From assembly GCA_977016875.1 (NCBI GenBank), contig CDRNST010000382.1, positions 1,860,001 through 1,924,000 on the forward strand: a DNA stretch of 64,000 nucleotides. Reading direction: 5' to 3'. Position 1 is the first letter of the stretch; each line of letters opens with the position of its first letter. Below the pieces are notes generated by a model. The model did no database searches, had not been told where the DNA came from, and saw nothing but the letters and a program-made list of their open reading frames with translations. The position numbers and the translations under genes are program-made. Source of the DNA: Pavona decussata. Lineage: Eukaryota. Below, piece after piece: positions 39,028 through 51,896 of the stretch.

Positions 39028-41169
39028 TTTAATTGTAAACTACACTGTGAATTCAAAGGATCTGTTTTGGACCCAAAATTGGGAGTTTTTCCTTGAGTAA
39101 AATACAGTACTATTTGAGGGGCTAATTAAGCTCTTCTAAAATGGAGCTGTTTTGGACAACTCCGAGCTGTTTTGGAGAACTTATAAGACTTAAAAAAATG
39201 ATCTTTTGAATTTACAATGTAGTTACATTGACATAAAATTCTTTTATAGCACAGAATCAGATAGGAAAATGTTATTCAATTTAAATGATTCCTCAAATGT
39301 TTAGCACTTCATTTAATGAGATCCATCCAGGCTAAGGTTTACATAAGGCACTTGATGTTCTGTTCTGTTTTTCCTGTTCATGTATAAAAAAGGCAAGGAG
39401 AGGATTGGTCTACTTTAGAAAGTTTTTGGAAGACTAGTTAAGTTGTCATGTGGAACACAACTGTTACTGAACAAATGTGAAAGTCAAGTAAATAATTCTG
39501 AGTTGAAATTACCTACTGTTATGTTATTCTTTTATTGTGAAAATTGTGAAAATTCCTTTTACACGCAAATTAAGCCCCTCAAATATTTTTCCGGCTCATG
39601 AATGTGTATAAGAAAGGTAAGAAGCAGTTTAATTGTTACATTTTAGAAAATTCTTTGAAGGCTCTTCTAGGTCACATTGAACACAACAGATGTGGAAGTT
39701 AATTGAATAAATTAATAAATGAAAGTAAATAATTCGGTTAATTCTTGTTTACGTGTTATTTATTAGGCCCGGCGAATTCTTATTAAAGTGTGCAAGAACC
39801 TCTATAACCTATGTAATGATCTTGGAAAAACAATACATGGATTTCAAACTGGGCTCCTAACAATGTGGCTCGGGCTCCTAACTTTAAACTTTAGGAGCCC
39901 GAAGGGCTCCCTAAAATTTTTCTTAGGCAGCAGCCTTGGATACTGTATCACCTGAAAAGTTACAGTGCTACATAAGCCATCTACGAAAGGTGCTCCAGTT
40001 GTGGCTGAATGAGAGGGGAGAGTGTCAGGCTACTGATAAACTCAACATGGTTCTTCAACTGAAACTGAAGAGCCCTCACTCTGCATAATACAGGTGTCAA
40101 AAATGGCTACTTTAGGAACCACCAGATGTAATAAAAGCCATAATCAACAAAACTGACCTTCATAAATTACACGGGAGCAAAACGTGAAATGCCACACGCC
40201 ACATTAAACATTCTAAAAATTCCTGTAGTCCCGTAGTTAGTTAAGACAAGTTTAAAAATATATCTCCAGTTCTATTTGGGCTACAAAGATGCTTAAAACG
40301 GGAAAATACTCCTTTGATAGCAAAAGTTATGATCCAAATTATTACAGTGCGCCAAGTAAGGCAATGATGCTTATTTGCGAGTGAAAATGGCGTGAGTCGA
40401 AACAAGAGCTGGGAAGCGTTATAACACATTCTTTTGTTTTTGTTAAGCATCCTGGCTGGGCGTTGAGACAAAAATTGAAAATAATATTTATGTATATATT
40501 TAGCCATATCTAAAAGCGGAGCTCCACAATTCTTTTTTGCGGGCCCAAGAGAGGCCCGCAACCCTAATCTTGACAGTGACCAGCAGGTTGCGTATTACGC
40601 TTGCGCGCCACGTTTATAACAGAGACGCTAAAACCAGGAATTAAAATTTTGTTCTACAACTAAGAACGACCAGAATGCGAAAAATGTGTCCATTAGGACC
40701 ATTTGTCACATGGAATCCCAACCTCCAGGTTGATGGGTTCCAATCTTCTGTCACATGGATCGAAGGACGTTTTGCTGATGTTGTTGAGACGAGCTTCAAG
40801 GACTTTGAACGTGTTGACGTCGTTGAGGCGAGCTTCAAGGACTTTGAGCATAATTGGATTTGCTGCAGGTTATTTTTTAAGGTTAGTTATATTATATTGA
40901 ATGCTGATTATTGTTATGGGCAGTTAAATCTTTTGGTAAACCACTTTCACATGTGATATGTTTTGAGTAACGATCACCAAGCTGAAGTATAGAACACTCT
41001 CTGTATGGAAAACATGGCAAAGTTTTCCAAGTCTTCTGCTGAAGATGTCCCATTTATCTCAATGATGATGTCGCTGCATACAATCCCCAAGAACTCCTGA
41101 AGCTTTCTCAACCAGTAGCTTGCATTCAAGCTCGCCATTCATCCTTCACTGCTAAATCGTTACCTTCTG

Positions 41170-43956
41170 ATGAAATGTCTGAATTTATGGCCAGAGGTTG
41201 GTCTACGTAATGGGAATATTGGAAAAGTTGTAGACATAATATTTGCAGAAAATCACTCACCAACAGATTTACCAATAGCAGTTATGGTTTAATTTGACTT
41301 ATACGGGGCCATCATTTATATGTGGCTAAATGTAATTTAGGCTAAGTTAACCTCGAAGCAATGCTGGTCAGCTGTTTCCCCAACTATATAAGGGGTGGTC
41401 CGATGTCTCTAGCAGGGGCACCTCGTGACTTATATACGCAGTTGCTTTGCAAAGTGTTGTTTCAATTGCTTGTTGTTTGCGTGCCAGCTTGTGCTTTGGT
41501 TTTGCTTCCTTTGCTGTTTTTTCTGCTCGTACAATGACTGCTCGTCGAACCAACAATAGTTTGGCTGCTCATTTGGATGGGGGAGAACTCGTCATCGGAT
41601 ACCCTTTTGCAGGCCGAGTCATCTGGTCCTTCACTGCTCGCTTCTGTGGCAAACACGGCGCCACAACATCTTCGACCGCTTCTGCTCCAGTTGTTGCTGC
41701 TGGTGTCCAAAATCCTGCTCTAATCGCTGCAATCGTCGATGCTGTGAAAGCCTCATTCGCATCAGAAAAAGGTCCTGGCTCCAGCGCGAGCAATCTGCAT
41801 GGAAATTTTGATAGCGTGGAGCCACAAGGAGTTCTTGGGGGCGTTCCCGCCCAATCGCCCAGCTTGCGCAGCAAATGGCGACCTTTCTAGCTTCTGGAGG
41901 CGCCTTTCCGAAGCAACAGGCGATATCTTCACCTTCAGCCACGCAAGGAAGGCCTAATTTTACTGTGCTATCCTTTGTTGCCACTTTGGCAACCCCTCGC
42001 TCGCCGATTTGGAAAAGTTGTAGACATAATATTTGCAGAAAATCACTCACCCCAAGATTTACCAATAGCAGTTATGGTTTAATTTGACCATTATATGGGG
42101 CCATCATTAATTGAATTTTTACCAGAATGTGTACCAGTGTCCCCTATCACAGTTACATCTCATTCCAAAATACTTTTCATGAAAGACAGCAAAAAAGCCA
42201 GGGAATTACTCTAGAAAAAGCTTGGATCAATATTGGTCCACCAGAACAAACAGCAGGCATGACATACGTTGCAATCAGTAGGGTAAAAACACTAGATTCT
42301 TGTGTCTTTGAGCCAATGTCATTTGAATGCTTAAAGACCATTAAGAATGCATCAAATTTTTAGTTCAGGCTACAAGAAGAAGAGCACCTTTCTATGTTGG
42401 CAAACAATACCACCTTAAATTTCATGCACTAAATTCAACTACAAATCAAGTTCATCATTCAATTCATACTACTTAATGTACATGTATACTATTAATAAAC
42501 TAGATTAACATTGTAATTCACACTGCCTTGTTCAAAGTAAGCCTAAAACTAAGTATATTGGACAGAAACTAAGTATATTGGACAGATTATCAGATGTAAC
42601 TGACTTAAATTTCACTCATTTTTCTCATCATACACTAAACAAACAACTTTTTGCATGTACATGTAAATAGATTGTAAAAATTTAATAAGTTTATTATAAC
42701 CATAATTATGCAAAGATAACTTTCTGAAAAAGATACTTTATCAATTGCTAAAACCAAGCAATAATTAGAACTGCTATATAAAATTTTGCCATCTTTTTCT
42801 TTTTTGTTTTTTCCAGTGCTGTCACATTCACAGATCCATGGCATCAAAGTGAAAAGGTTTGTACTCTAATATTATTGTTATTTTCCCACTTCACAGGAAT
42901 ATCTCAACTAATTTTCCAAAAATCTTCCAATTTCATTTACTTCAGTTATCCTTCTTTGTGTATTTATTTTTGCAGATACTCCACCTGGTTTTGTGCACTC
43001 AGTGTCACCAATGAAAAAAACTGGTAGAGATTGCTACACATTTACCTTCCAAACGTCTTCAGATAAGTTTGCTAAAGCCATTGGCTTTGACCAGAAGTCC
43101 CACCAGCAAGCCAAACAAAGTCACCTTCGAAAATATTGAATGCCAGGGAAGATGATGGCCAAATCTTCATAAACCAGTACACCTCACTCATCAAAGCTAA
43201 TTCAAGTGATGTTAACTTTGATCCATGCAAAGAGCAATCTCCTGCAGGCACCTCATCATCAGCCAACTTCCACATCAAACTTTATATTGAATGTTTTAGA
43301 ATGAACCCATTCACATTTCTTAAAACTTATTACAACAAAACTAATGGTAGTGTTGGACTTTTAAGAACATATTGACATTATTTGCAGTTCTCGAAACTTA
43401 TCACAGTAATACATATGTTAATAATCCATTAGAACCCGTTGACATTTCTTGAAACTTTTATTTCATTGAAACTTATGTAATTGTTGGCGGTTTTAGAACC
43501 CACTGGCATTTCGAGTTCTAGAAACCTTTAGGAAAACTTCTTGTTATATACTTTAAAACACGTTGACGTTCTAGTTATTACTTTTTTTCACTGAGCATGT
43601 GTTGGACTTTTTGAAAACCATTAACATCTTCAATTCTTCATAACGTTTATTACAGTAACACTTATGTTACTTATGTTTGCAGTTCTTGAAAACTTTACTA
43701 CAGTAAAATTTATGTTCATATTTGTACTTTTCAATAAATATTATTGTGTTATACCAAAAAAATTGATCACTCATTCAACAGCAACTCAAATACATGTAAA
43801 GCAGCTATGACAACTTCAGGCAAAATATCTAAAAACATCCAATTTCAAAATACACATGCTGGTGTAAATTTACTATCTTCTCTGTCCATTCCCAATGTCT
43901 TAAAAGCTCTTCAAGTCCATTCTGGCCCGCATTTTCTAACCAGTGGTTACTACTAG
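41170..43956 (+). mobile_element. Helitron 3' portion: PIF1 C-terminus, RPA-like OB fragment, diverged tandem repeats, candidate CTAG end
   Basis: NLWPEVGLRNGNIGKVVDI; KSQGITLEKAWI..YVAISRVKTL (42127-42363); FVHSVSPMKK..AKAIGFD (~42990-43270); repeats 43330-43730; ggcccgc...actaCTAG|t at 43953-43956. Confidence 0.6.
41370..42000 (+). mobile_element. DIRS/Ngaro 5' end with start of gag-like ORF
   Basis: tatataagggg...tctctagcaggggcacctcgtgact leader; NPALIAAIVDAVKAS..GRPNFTVLSFVATL. Confidence 0.45.
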
Positions 43957-44083
43957 TTAATAGCATTTATATACAAGCAAGTCTGCTTATTGTATGAACA
44001 TAAAAACACATAATATCATTACAAATTACTCATCCTTTCTGGAGTTATATAACAGTAAGGGCATAATAATGCAAACTGTTAAC

Positions 44084-47000
44084 GGGTGATTCCACGTTGC
44101 GGACATTTAATTCATAGACAAAAATTTGAATTTGAAATGCCTGCCAAACCTCTGAACAGCTAACTGAGGTCCCCAAACTTATCTGTTGAGTACCTTTAGT
44201 GAACACTGTTCCAGATAACTTTCAAAATCAGAGAGCCAATGAAGAATTTTGAGGGGTCAATAGCTCTGGTTTTCTCTAAATCTTCTTAAGTTTGCCATTC
44301 ATTTTGTCAGGTCAGGAAGCCAGGTTTCTCGGGTTTTTGACCCGAGATCCCTCTCTTATCATGAACACTGAGTGAACCTTTATATTTCTTCAAAAAAAAA
44401 AATTACTCCAAATGACTTTAAGTGATAAATTTTGGAAAGCGTGTTGCGGACATGACAGCAAAAAACAACCATGTGTTCAGATGACTTCCTTAAAATTCAA
44501 TTTCCTGTGAACTAAAAAAACATGACAATAAAATGATTGTAGTTTAAAAATTTGTCAATGATGAAATTTTCCACCTGCTGTAAAAGCTAAACATAACCTT
44601 ATTTTGTGGATTCTATAAACATTCATTTGCGTAATGGCATTACACTGAATCTGTTGCGGACATAATGCTTTGGGAGCATATTTAAAAATCATTGTTATCT
44701 AAGTCTGTTACTGACGCTGAGCTTTTGTTTATGTTTGCAAATGCCTTATTTTGAAAATAAAGCCCTAGGTAAATTATTTTTGTTATTTTATATTATTTTC
44801 TCCAGCTGCTGTTTTTTAAAAAAAATAAATAAATAAAGTTGATTGAAATGTTATTTCATGCTTAATAGCAGTGTCTTCTACACTGAATTGTTTTTGAATT
44901 CTAGTTCTGCTCATGGATTTGAGATTTACAGCTGGTCAGTGGTTTTCTCCAGAGCATGCTCACAAACACTTTGCTGGGTAAAACCACTGACCAGCTTTAA
45001 AATTCCTTCTTTTTGTGAACAGTAAGTGTATGGTGGTTTAGCTTGAAAACATGTGATACCAATGCCCAAGACAAGCACAGAAAGGTCAGGAATTTTCAGA
45101 GGCAAGTTAAGTGAAGATTTTGAACGGTATAATTTCTACAAAAGCAAAGACAGGGAAAAAAAGAGAGCTGAAAGAAGTAAGCCAAAGATTCAGAGTCCAG
45201 CTGAAATTGCACAACAGAAGAAGTTAAACAGGGACTGTGTAAGGAAATGTAGAATCCTCAAGAAAACAAAGGAAAAATCAGCTTCAGCCCCTGTTGAGCA
45301 AGGATAAGCTATAAGTTATAGCACACCACAGGTACTGGGAAAGGCTGTGGGAAAAGTTAAGCCACATTTACCAAAAATTCCAAGGAAAAGAAAGGCTGTT
45401 ATTGTAAAATTGGCCTCTTCTTCAGGTATTGAACTCTCCAAGAAAAAGAAAAAGCAAGCTAGTACTGGGAACTCCTGCCTGTCGCCAGAAGTTGTGAAAA
45501 AAATCCAATCATTTTATTTGCTTGACTCTATTTCCATGGCGTAGTTGATGGGATTGGTGGCTCAGTTAAGCGCCTTGTGTGGAATGCAGTCCTTTCAAGA
45601 AAATCACCACCGGTTGTCAATGCCCAGTCCTTCTTTCAAGTTGCCAACAGTCTTACAACATCCGTGACTGTTTCACTTGTGACACAAAAGGAAATGAATG
45701 ATATCTCAGATTCACTTTGTCTGGAGAAATGCTTTAGTGAAGCATTACCTCTCCCTGGAATCTCAAGGTTCCACTGCATCGAGCCTCAAGATGATGGATC
45801 TGTGAACTGTTGCCTATATTCATTCCAGGCACTGTTCAAGAATAGACCCCCAGATGTCTATCTCTATGAATCTGATGATTCTGATTCTGAGTCTTTCAGT
45901 GACAAAATCAGTGAAGATGGTGAGGATGAAGAAAGTGATGAGCCTGATGATGGTGTCAAGTTTGTCAAAGTGGTTCCAACAAAAAGTCCCAGCTGTGACA
46001 CCAAAGGAAAAGCAGATTGTCCTGTCAAGCAGGGTCTTTGCAATGAACTCAAGTCCTTGCCTACATTTGTCTGTATGCAAGGTGTCTAGCAGGGCTTCCA
46101 ATTGGCCCAATGATCCAAGATGCTTGTATCTCTCCGTTTAGGCAATGCATGCTGTTCAGTCTGCACAGAAGAGCACTGCATAACACAGCTGTGCCAGCTG
46201 TAGCAATTGAGAAGTATTATGCTATTGATTACTTAAGAAAATACTATATAGGAAGGGTACTCAGCATTGCAAACATTTTGGTCACGTTCAAGTTCTTACA
46301 CAGAGTACTTGATCGATACATTTGGTCAGGGAGGGATGACATTGAAGAAGTTACTATGTCTTGCATTTTCTTTGGTCCAATTGCCCTTAAAGGTACAGGC
46401 CCTTTTGTTGTTGTTTATGCCGTGCAGTTGACAAGATATTCAATGCCACCTGCCGAGATGTTGAAGCCTAGAGCTCAAAGGCAGTGACACTGTACAGTGT
46501 GATCAAGCAGGATTGTCTTTCTAAAGTCTTCTACAGACCAATGAGATACTGTCTTATATCTGTGCATTTTGACTGAATTAATTTATGCAGTTGTTTTTCA
46601 TGCACATGATTTTGTTGGTTGAACACATTTGACGATTTGACAAAATATTGTTCACTTGATTGTGCTGTTGTGACAAAAGTTCTAAGTTATTTATGCTGGA
46701 AGTTTTTAATTTACAAGATTTGTTACCTACATATAGATTATCACTTTTCCTGTTGTCTGCTTTGAATGAAAGGTTAGCATGTTTTCCTTGATCCTTAGAA
46801 ATGAAAAAAAAAAAAAAACAAACAAACAAACTTCTTTTTGATTAGTTATTGATAGCACTGGTGTTAAGAATAAAACATATTCTGTTCAGGGCTTCATATT
46901 GTATCATAAAAGTCACTATTAGTAAGCTAGAGAAAAATGTAATGTCCACAACGTAATGTCCGCAACCCTTTACTCAAACAATTTCTGAACAGAGAAATCT

Positions 47001-47480
47001 TTCCTGGGTAAGTTTTCTGAAGTACAGTAATGTTTATGTTAAACTAAAAGAGCAGCATAAATATTTCTTTAAAAAGATGTAAATTGTTTTCAAGAATTAA
47101 AAAAAAAAAGGTTTTTGTGGTGCGGACATAACACAAATTAAATACAGTTTTTCTCAGAAGGATGCAAGAATTTAGGAGATTATTCACAGCCATACCATTA
47201 CTTAAGGTTAAGACCATGCATACATATTCTTATGTTTATTTTAATCATTTTGATGCTCATAATAAACTTATTTTGAAGTTTCTTTGTAAAATTTCCATTG
47301 TAATGGCATTCAAACAGCTCCAAATTCCACAGCCGCCCAGCGAGTGGGTGTTGTTAAGGTACACAAAATCTTGGTAATTTTAAACGGCCCAGTGCATTAG
47401 CTTTCTGCTAATGTAAGTTTCAACATTAAAAACTGCTTTTCAACATTTTCACTTTGTCAATGTCTCGCGTGAAATTGCCC
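44084..47480 (+). mobile_element. Internally deleted Sola2-like DNA transposon
   Basis: Basic N-terminus (45061), TPQVLGKAVGKV, IQSFY..DSIS fused to GVVDGIGGSVKR; imperfect ends gggtgattccacg / cgtgaaattgccc; repeated gttgcggaca motif; boundaries tentative. Confidence 0.6.
44204..44370. mobile_element. 167-bp MITE with 6-bp TSD (AGTGAA)
   Basis: TIR ca(c)tgttccagataa / ttatc(at)gaacactg; agtgaa on both flanks. Confidence 0.85.
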
Positions 47481-49486
47481 TTACGCGAAATATTTCAATG
47501 AGCGTTTAAAACAAATTAGAGCATGTTTACAAATGGCGAATGAATTACACAAGTCCAACGCAAAATGTTCAAAACCATTCTTCAAATACTGATTAATGAT
47601 TCACAAGCCCGTTGACCTATCAAATGGTCAATACAAGATAATGGTGGTTTTATATCTGATAAAACCTCCTCCTCATTAGTATGCGGTGTTTAATGTTTTT
47701 CTCATAATAATGAAGAGAAAAACCACCATCATTGCAGCAAGGAATAAATAAAAAAATGTTTAGAAATATACACAAACAATTTAAATCCCTTCACGGTCTA
47801 TGCAGAGCTCGTTTCGCAAAATAAAGATCTTTAATGTTAGAAACTCTGCACCTTCGGTGTTTTATTCCCCTCTTAGCTTGTCACACAGAGAAGTCTGACT
47901 GTTGTAGGGTTTGATATCTTCAATTCTACAGATTTATTAATTTTTTCGTTTCGTTTAATTTTGCAAAATACAGTACGCCCCGCAGCAAGTATTTGCTGTA
48001 ATTTAAGATATTTTAAAGTTTCTTCTTTTAAGGGCTGAACAACATGGAGTTGTTCTTGTACAGAGCCGGTTCTACTTTGTTAAACCATCCTGAAAGGCTT
48101 TTCTCCGGCTATTTAAAAGAACAATGAAAGGACAACAATACGAAAACAGTGGCTAGTTCATACATTCTAATGCGCCTGACTACACGCGCATCTATAGATT
48201 TTTAGACGAGTATACAATGTGTTATGTGTGTATGTTTTGGTTCGCTTAATTCTGGCCTGCACTGTACCTCTGACAAGGATATTCTAACCAAGTATGTGTC
48301 TTTTATAAGAATCTTTATGAATTCAAAGGCAAGTAACTTGCGTGATACATCTGGTATTGTTTACCCTTGATGCCTCCAAGTTCGTTTTTCTCTACATTGC
48401 ATATTCACCTTGACAATATATTTTCAGAAGTATTGAAAATTTTTGGAACTCGTAGGAAAAAAATGGTAGGAAGTGGTTTTTCTGGTGTTGTATTGAAGCT
48501 TAGTTTTTAACATAACAACTAGGAAGAAACTCATAATAGCTTGAAATGGGGACTGTGGATTAACGATTTCCCACGCAACCATGAATTTTCTTCACTCATA
48601 TCAAAAGAATATTTTTCCCTCTGAGTGACACTTTCTGCAATATTACATGGAAGAAAAGCTACTGACCAGTTTGAGCCAAATAATTTAGCATGCATCTTTC
48701 AGCTGCTCCACAATCAAAGTCAAATGCATCTGCTGTTCTTGAAGTATTCATACAACTGGAGAAAAAAGGAACCGTGGAAATTACTGATACTAAATATTTT
48801 TGGGTGTATGTTTCTGAACTTTTGTATTTTCTATTTTGCTTTTAACTTGACACGAGACTTAAATACATGTTGTTGAAAAGTTTCTAAAGAAATTGGGTAC
48901 CAGGCTATGAAGCAGCCAATCACACTGAACAGACATAGGGCCTCAACAAACTGTAACAACAATAAGTCAAGTTTGTCAATAACTATTTTGATGTTGAGCA
49001 TAAAAAGTTGTCTATATTATAAAAAATCCCATGTTTGAGCCAGGAAAAGTAGTCATCAACAACAAAAAAGTTTTCCTTTTCAAAACTACTTTTGTTGTTG
49101 ATAACAAACACAGCACTCTTATTGTCGATAACTCATTTTACCAGTTGTCAACAATTATGCCATCTTCAGTGTTTAGCGGTTTGACATGTGTTCACTTCCC
49201 TCAACAATTGGGAAGAAACACTAGTAACCAAACTCTTGTGCAAAGAGCCTATTCACCATTTTTGCCTTCAGTGTGTGTGGAAAGGCTCTATTTACCACAA
49301 ACAGTTTTCAAATGCACAAAGCTGCCAACAACTTTTCCTCTAGTTTGTTAAAGTCCTCAGAAACAAAGTTAATGGTAAGTTGAGTGGAAACAAACTTTAT
49401 TTAAAACTTGGAAACAAGGTTAAATCTATGGATGAAATACAATTCCTATACTTAATGAAGTACACAACAGATTTTCTGACCATGGA

Positions 49487-49654
49487 CAGTGTTCCAGATA
49501 ACTTTCAAAATCAGAGAGTCAATGAAGAATTTTGAGGGGTCAATAGCTATGGTTCTCCCCAAATCTTCTTAAGTTTACCGTTCATTTTGTCGGGCCAGGA
49601 AGCAAGGCTTCTTGGGTTTTTGATGCTGAGACCCCTCTCTTATCTGGAACACTG
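49487..49654. mobile_element. 168-bp MITE, same family, 6-bp TSD (CATGGA)
   Basis: Perfect 15-bp TIR cagtgttccagataa / ttatctggaacactg; catgga on both flanks. Confidence 0.9.
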
Positions 49655-49873
49655 CATGGACTGGATCTTTTCAAATCAAAATTCCACACAAAATGCATGC
49701 CTCAATTTATCTTGTACTAGAACACCATTTCAAGGTATGATCATGTTATTTTTCGTTGGCTATCATATACAGTCCTGCTCAGAAATAAGCGAACATCGTA
49801 TACGTGAACCATACGCAAGTAATACGCGTATGCATATGCTGCTATACACGTATGCATATGTTGTCATACACGT

Positions 49874-50422
49874 ATGTCCTCCCTTTGTTATTCATTGCCA
49901 TACCTTTGCTTTATGTGGCATTGTCTTGCACAACAAAAGAAACGGTAAAGTAAAAGCGACAGCCCGCAGCACGAAATTCGAATAACGACGATCGACAGGA
50001 ATATAATAGAACGCGTTTAGCACCTCGCTTTGAAAAACTCGAATACAAGGTGTCGTATTTCGAAGCTTGCTCCCTTCAGAAACTCAACGATAAAAAATCT
50101 TATTACCGACATACTCTTTTTTTTGCCAATTTGATTCTTCGAGATACGCGCATGTCCTCCCTTTGTTATTCATTGCCATACCTTTGCGTTATGTGGCATT
50201 GTCTTGTACAACAAAAGAAACGGTAAAGTAAAAGCGACAGCCCGCAGCACGAAATTCGAATAATGACGATCGACAGGACTATAATAGAACGCGTTTAGCA
50301 CCTCGCCTTGACAAACTCGAATACAAGGTGTCGTATTTCGAAGCTTGCTCCCTTCAGAAACTCAACGATAAAAAACCTTATTACCGACATACTCTTTTTT
50401 TTGCCAATTTGATTCTTCGAGA
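49874..50422. repeat. 278-bp-period tandem duplication x2
   Basis: 49874-50144 is nearly identical to 50152-50422. Confidence 0.95.
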
Positions 50423-50815
50423 AAAGAAAAATAGTTTATCGAATTAATAGTACTTGCTGGACGAGCATTAACAACAAACTTCGCGTTCGTTTTGTCACTT
50501 CTGGCAGAACAAGCTTGAAGGTCGAGAACGGTGGCTGTTGTTAATTTCAAAATTTATCGCTTTACAAGCGATGATTCGACAACCAGTCGATTAATTTTTC
50601 TTTCACTAAAATGTATTCGTCCACACTACCTGTGGAAACAGCTCTAAACAGTCTAAACAAGCATGATCATAAATATCGTACCATGTATCTTTCGTTGATG
50701 TTTACATATCATTAGCAGTGGTCGTGCAGCAAGATGAATTTGTATTATAGAATACCGCATAATATTATCAAAAAAGGATATCTCCGGTTCTCTTTGGCAG
50801 AATTCGCTGATTTAA

Positions 50816-51896
50816 CCCATAACGCACCGTGCCGGCCAAAACCTGCTGTGATTTTTGGCATCCTTGCACTCAGTCCGCGTTCGGGTCCTACCCCTCCCTA
50901 AAAGAGATTTTTTGTCCCCTATTGTTCTCATTGCCTTCAGAAAGGACTGACCAATCAGAATCCACTTACTGCGCATATATTTTTAGGTCTTAGGGGGACC
51001 CAGACAAAAGAGCTTTTTGTCTTTAGAAGCTGTGTCCAATTTCTATTTTTTTCCCTCGTGGGCCGTGCGGCTACACATCTTTTTGAAATGGTAAATCGAA
51101 AGAAGAACTGCTAAGGAATGCTCGACAGTTTCGACAGCGAAAATCCGAGATATAACAGCGAAGAAATTGCGCTTCAAGTACAAATTGTTGTTTTATCCAG
51201 GCGATGAGCGAGCCGACAGCTCAAATCATTATTCAGGCCACGGACTTTCTGCGAAAATTTAGAGTACTTCTGGGAATTCAACAGCCAAACAAAATTACAG
51301 GTTTGATTGTGAATTTGTACTGAAATACTATTCTAATTGACTGATTCTTTGTACTCTGAACAGTTTTTGCAAAATATTTGAAAAACGTGCCCCGCACGGG
51401 TCGAAAATTCGCTTCGAATTGGAGTTGTTGTTCCTTCAAATCGCTTGCGTGTCGCTCGTTTCGCATTTATAATTATACGCGTTTCTTTCTAAGGCGTAAA
51501 CAAAGACTTTTCTGAATAAATTTTTCATTTGGGAAAGCTTTCTGTGTGTTTTTCTTTCTATTTTCATTGAGAAAACGAGACAACTGTGTAATCTCGCGTA
51601 AACAAACACATGCTCTCGAGACGGATCAGATTTCATCCATGTGACGCGCGGATCAAATTTCATCGAAATCTCGGAAATTTTTACCTTTAAGTTTATTGTT
51701 TGGAAAATTTTGAATTGGCAACTAGTTTTTTTTTATTCCATAATTAGTAATTTAAACTATCTTAGACTAAAGGGGTGTTGTTGTTTTTTTTGTTCTGTAA
51801 GTTATGTATTTTTACTGCACATGGGGTAGGAAATAATCACTTTGCCAATTTTGCTGAATTTTGAAAAACCTCTGGAAACGGCTGGTGGGTAATGGG
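50816..51896. mobile_element. Non-autonomous piggyBac element
   Basis: TTAA|cccataacgcacc ... ggtgggtaatggg|TTAA. Confidence 0.85.

Larger units (their letters stand above)
33650..39938 (+). mobile_element. Complete autonomous hAT transposon with 5-bp TSD (hAT5-like)
   Basis: Perfect 16-bp TIR caaggctgctgcctaa / ttaggcagcagccttg; GATAC duplicated at 33645-33649 and 39939-39943; subterminal GGCGCC/GGAGCC motifs at both ends; intact transposase. Confidence 0.93.
32556..40036 (+). pseudogene. Tc1-like transposase split by the hAT insertion (32556-33649 plus 39944-40036)
   Basis: HTH-like N-terminus, WAGISRRG, QDNDPKH, PAES-PDMNPIENLW; removing the hAT and one TSD restores in-frame IQHFWDTVSPEKLQCYISHLRKV. 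Confidence 0.85.

Noticed and set aside
35668-39056. Short minus-strand ORFs within the hAT gene
   Set aside because: Antisense shadows with no recognisable motifs
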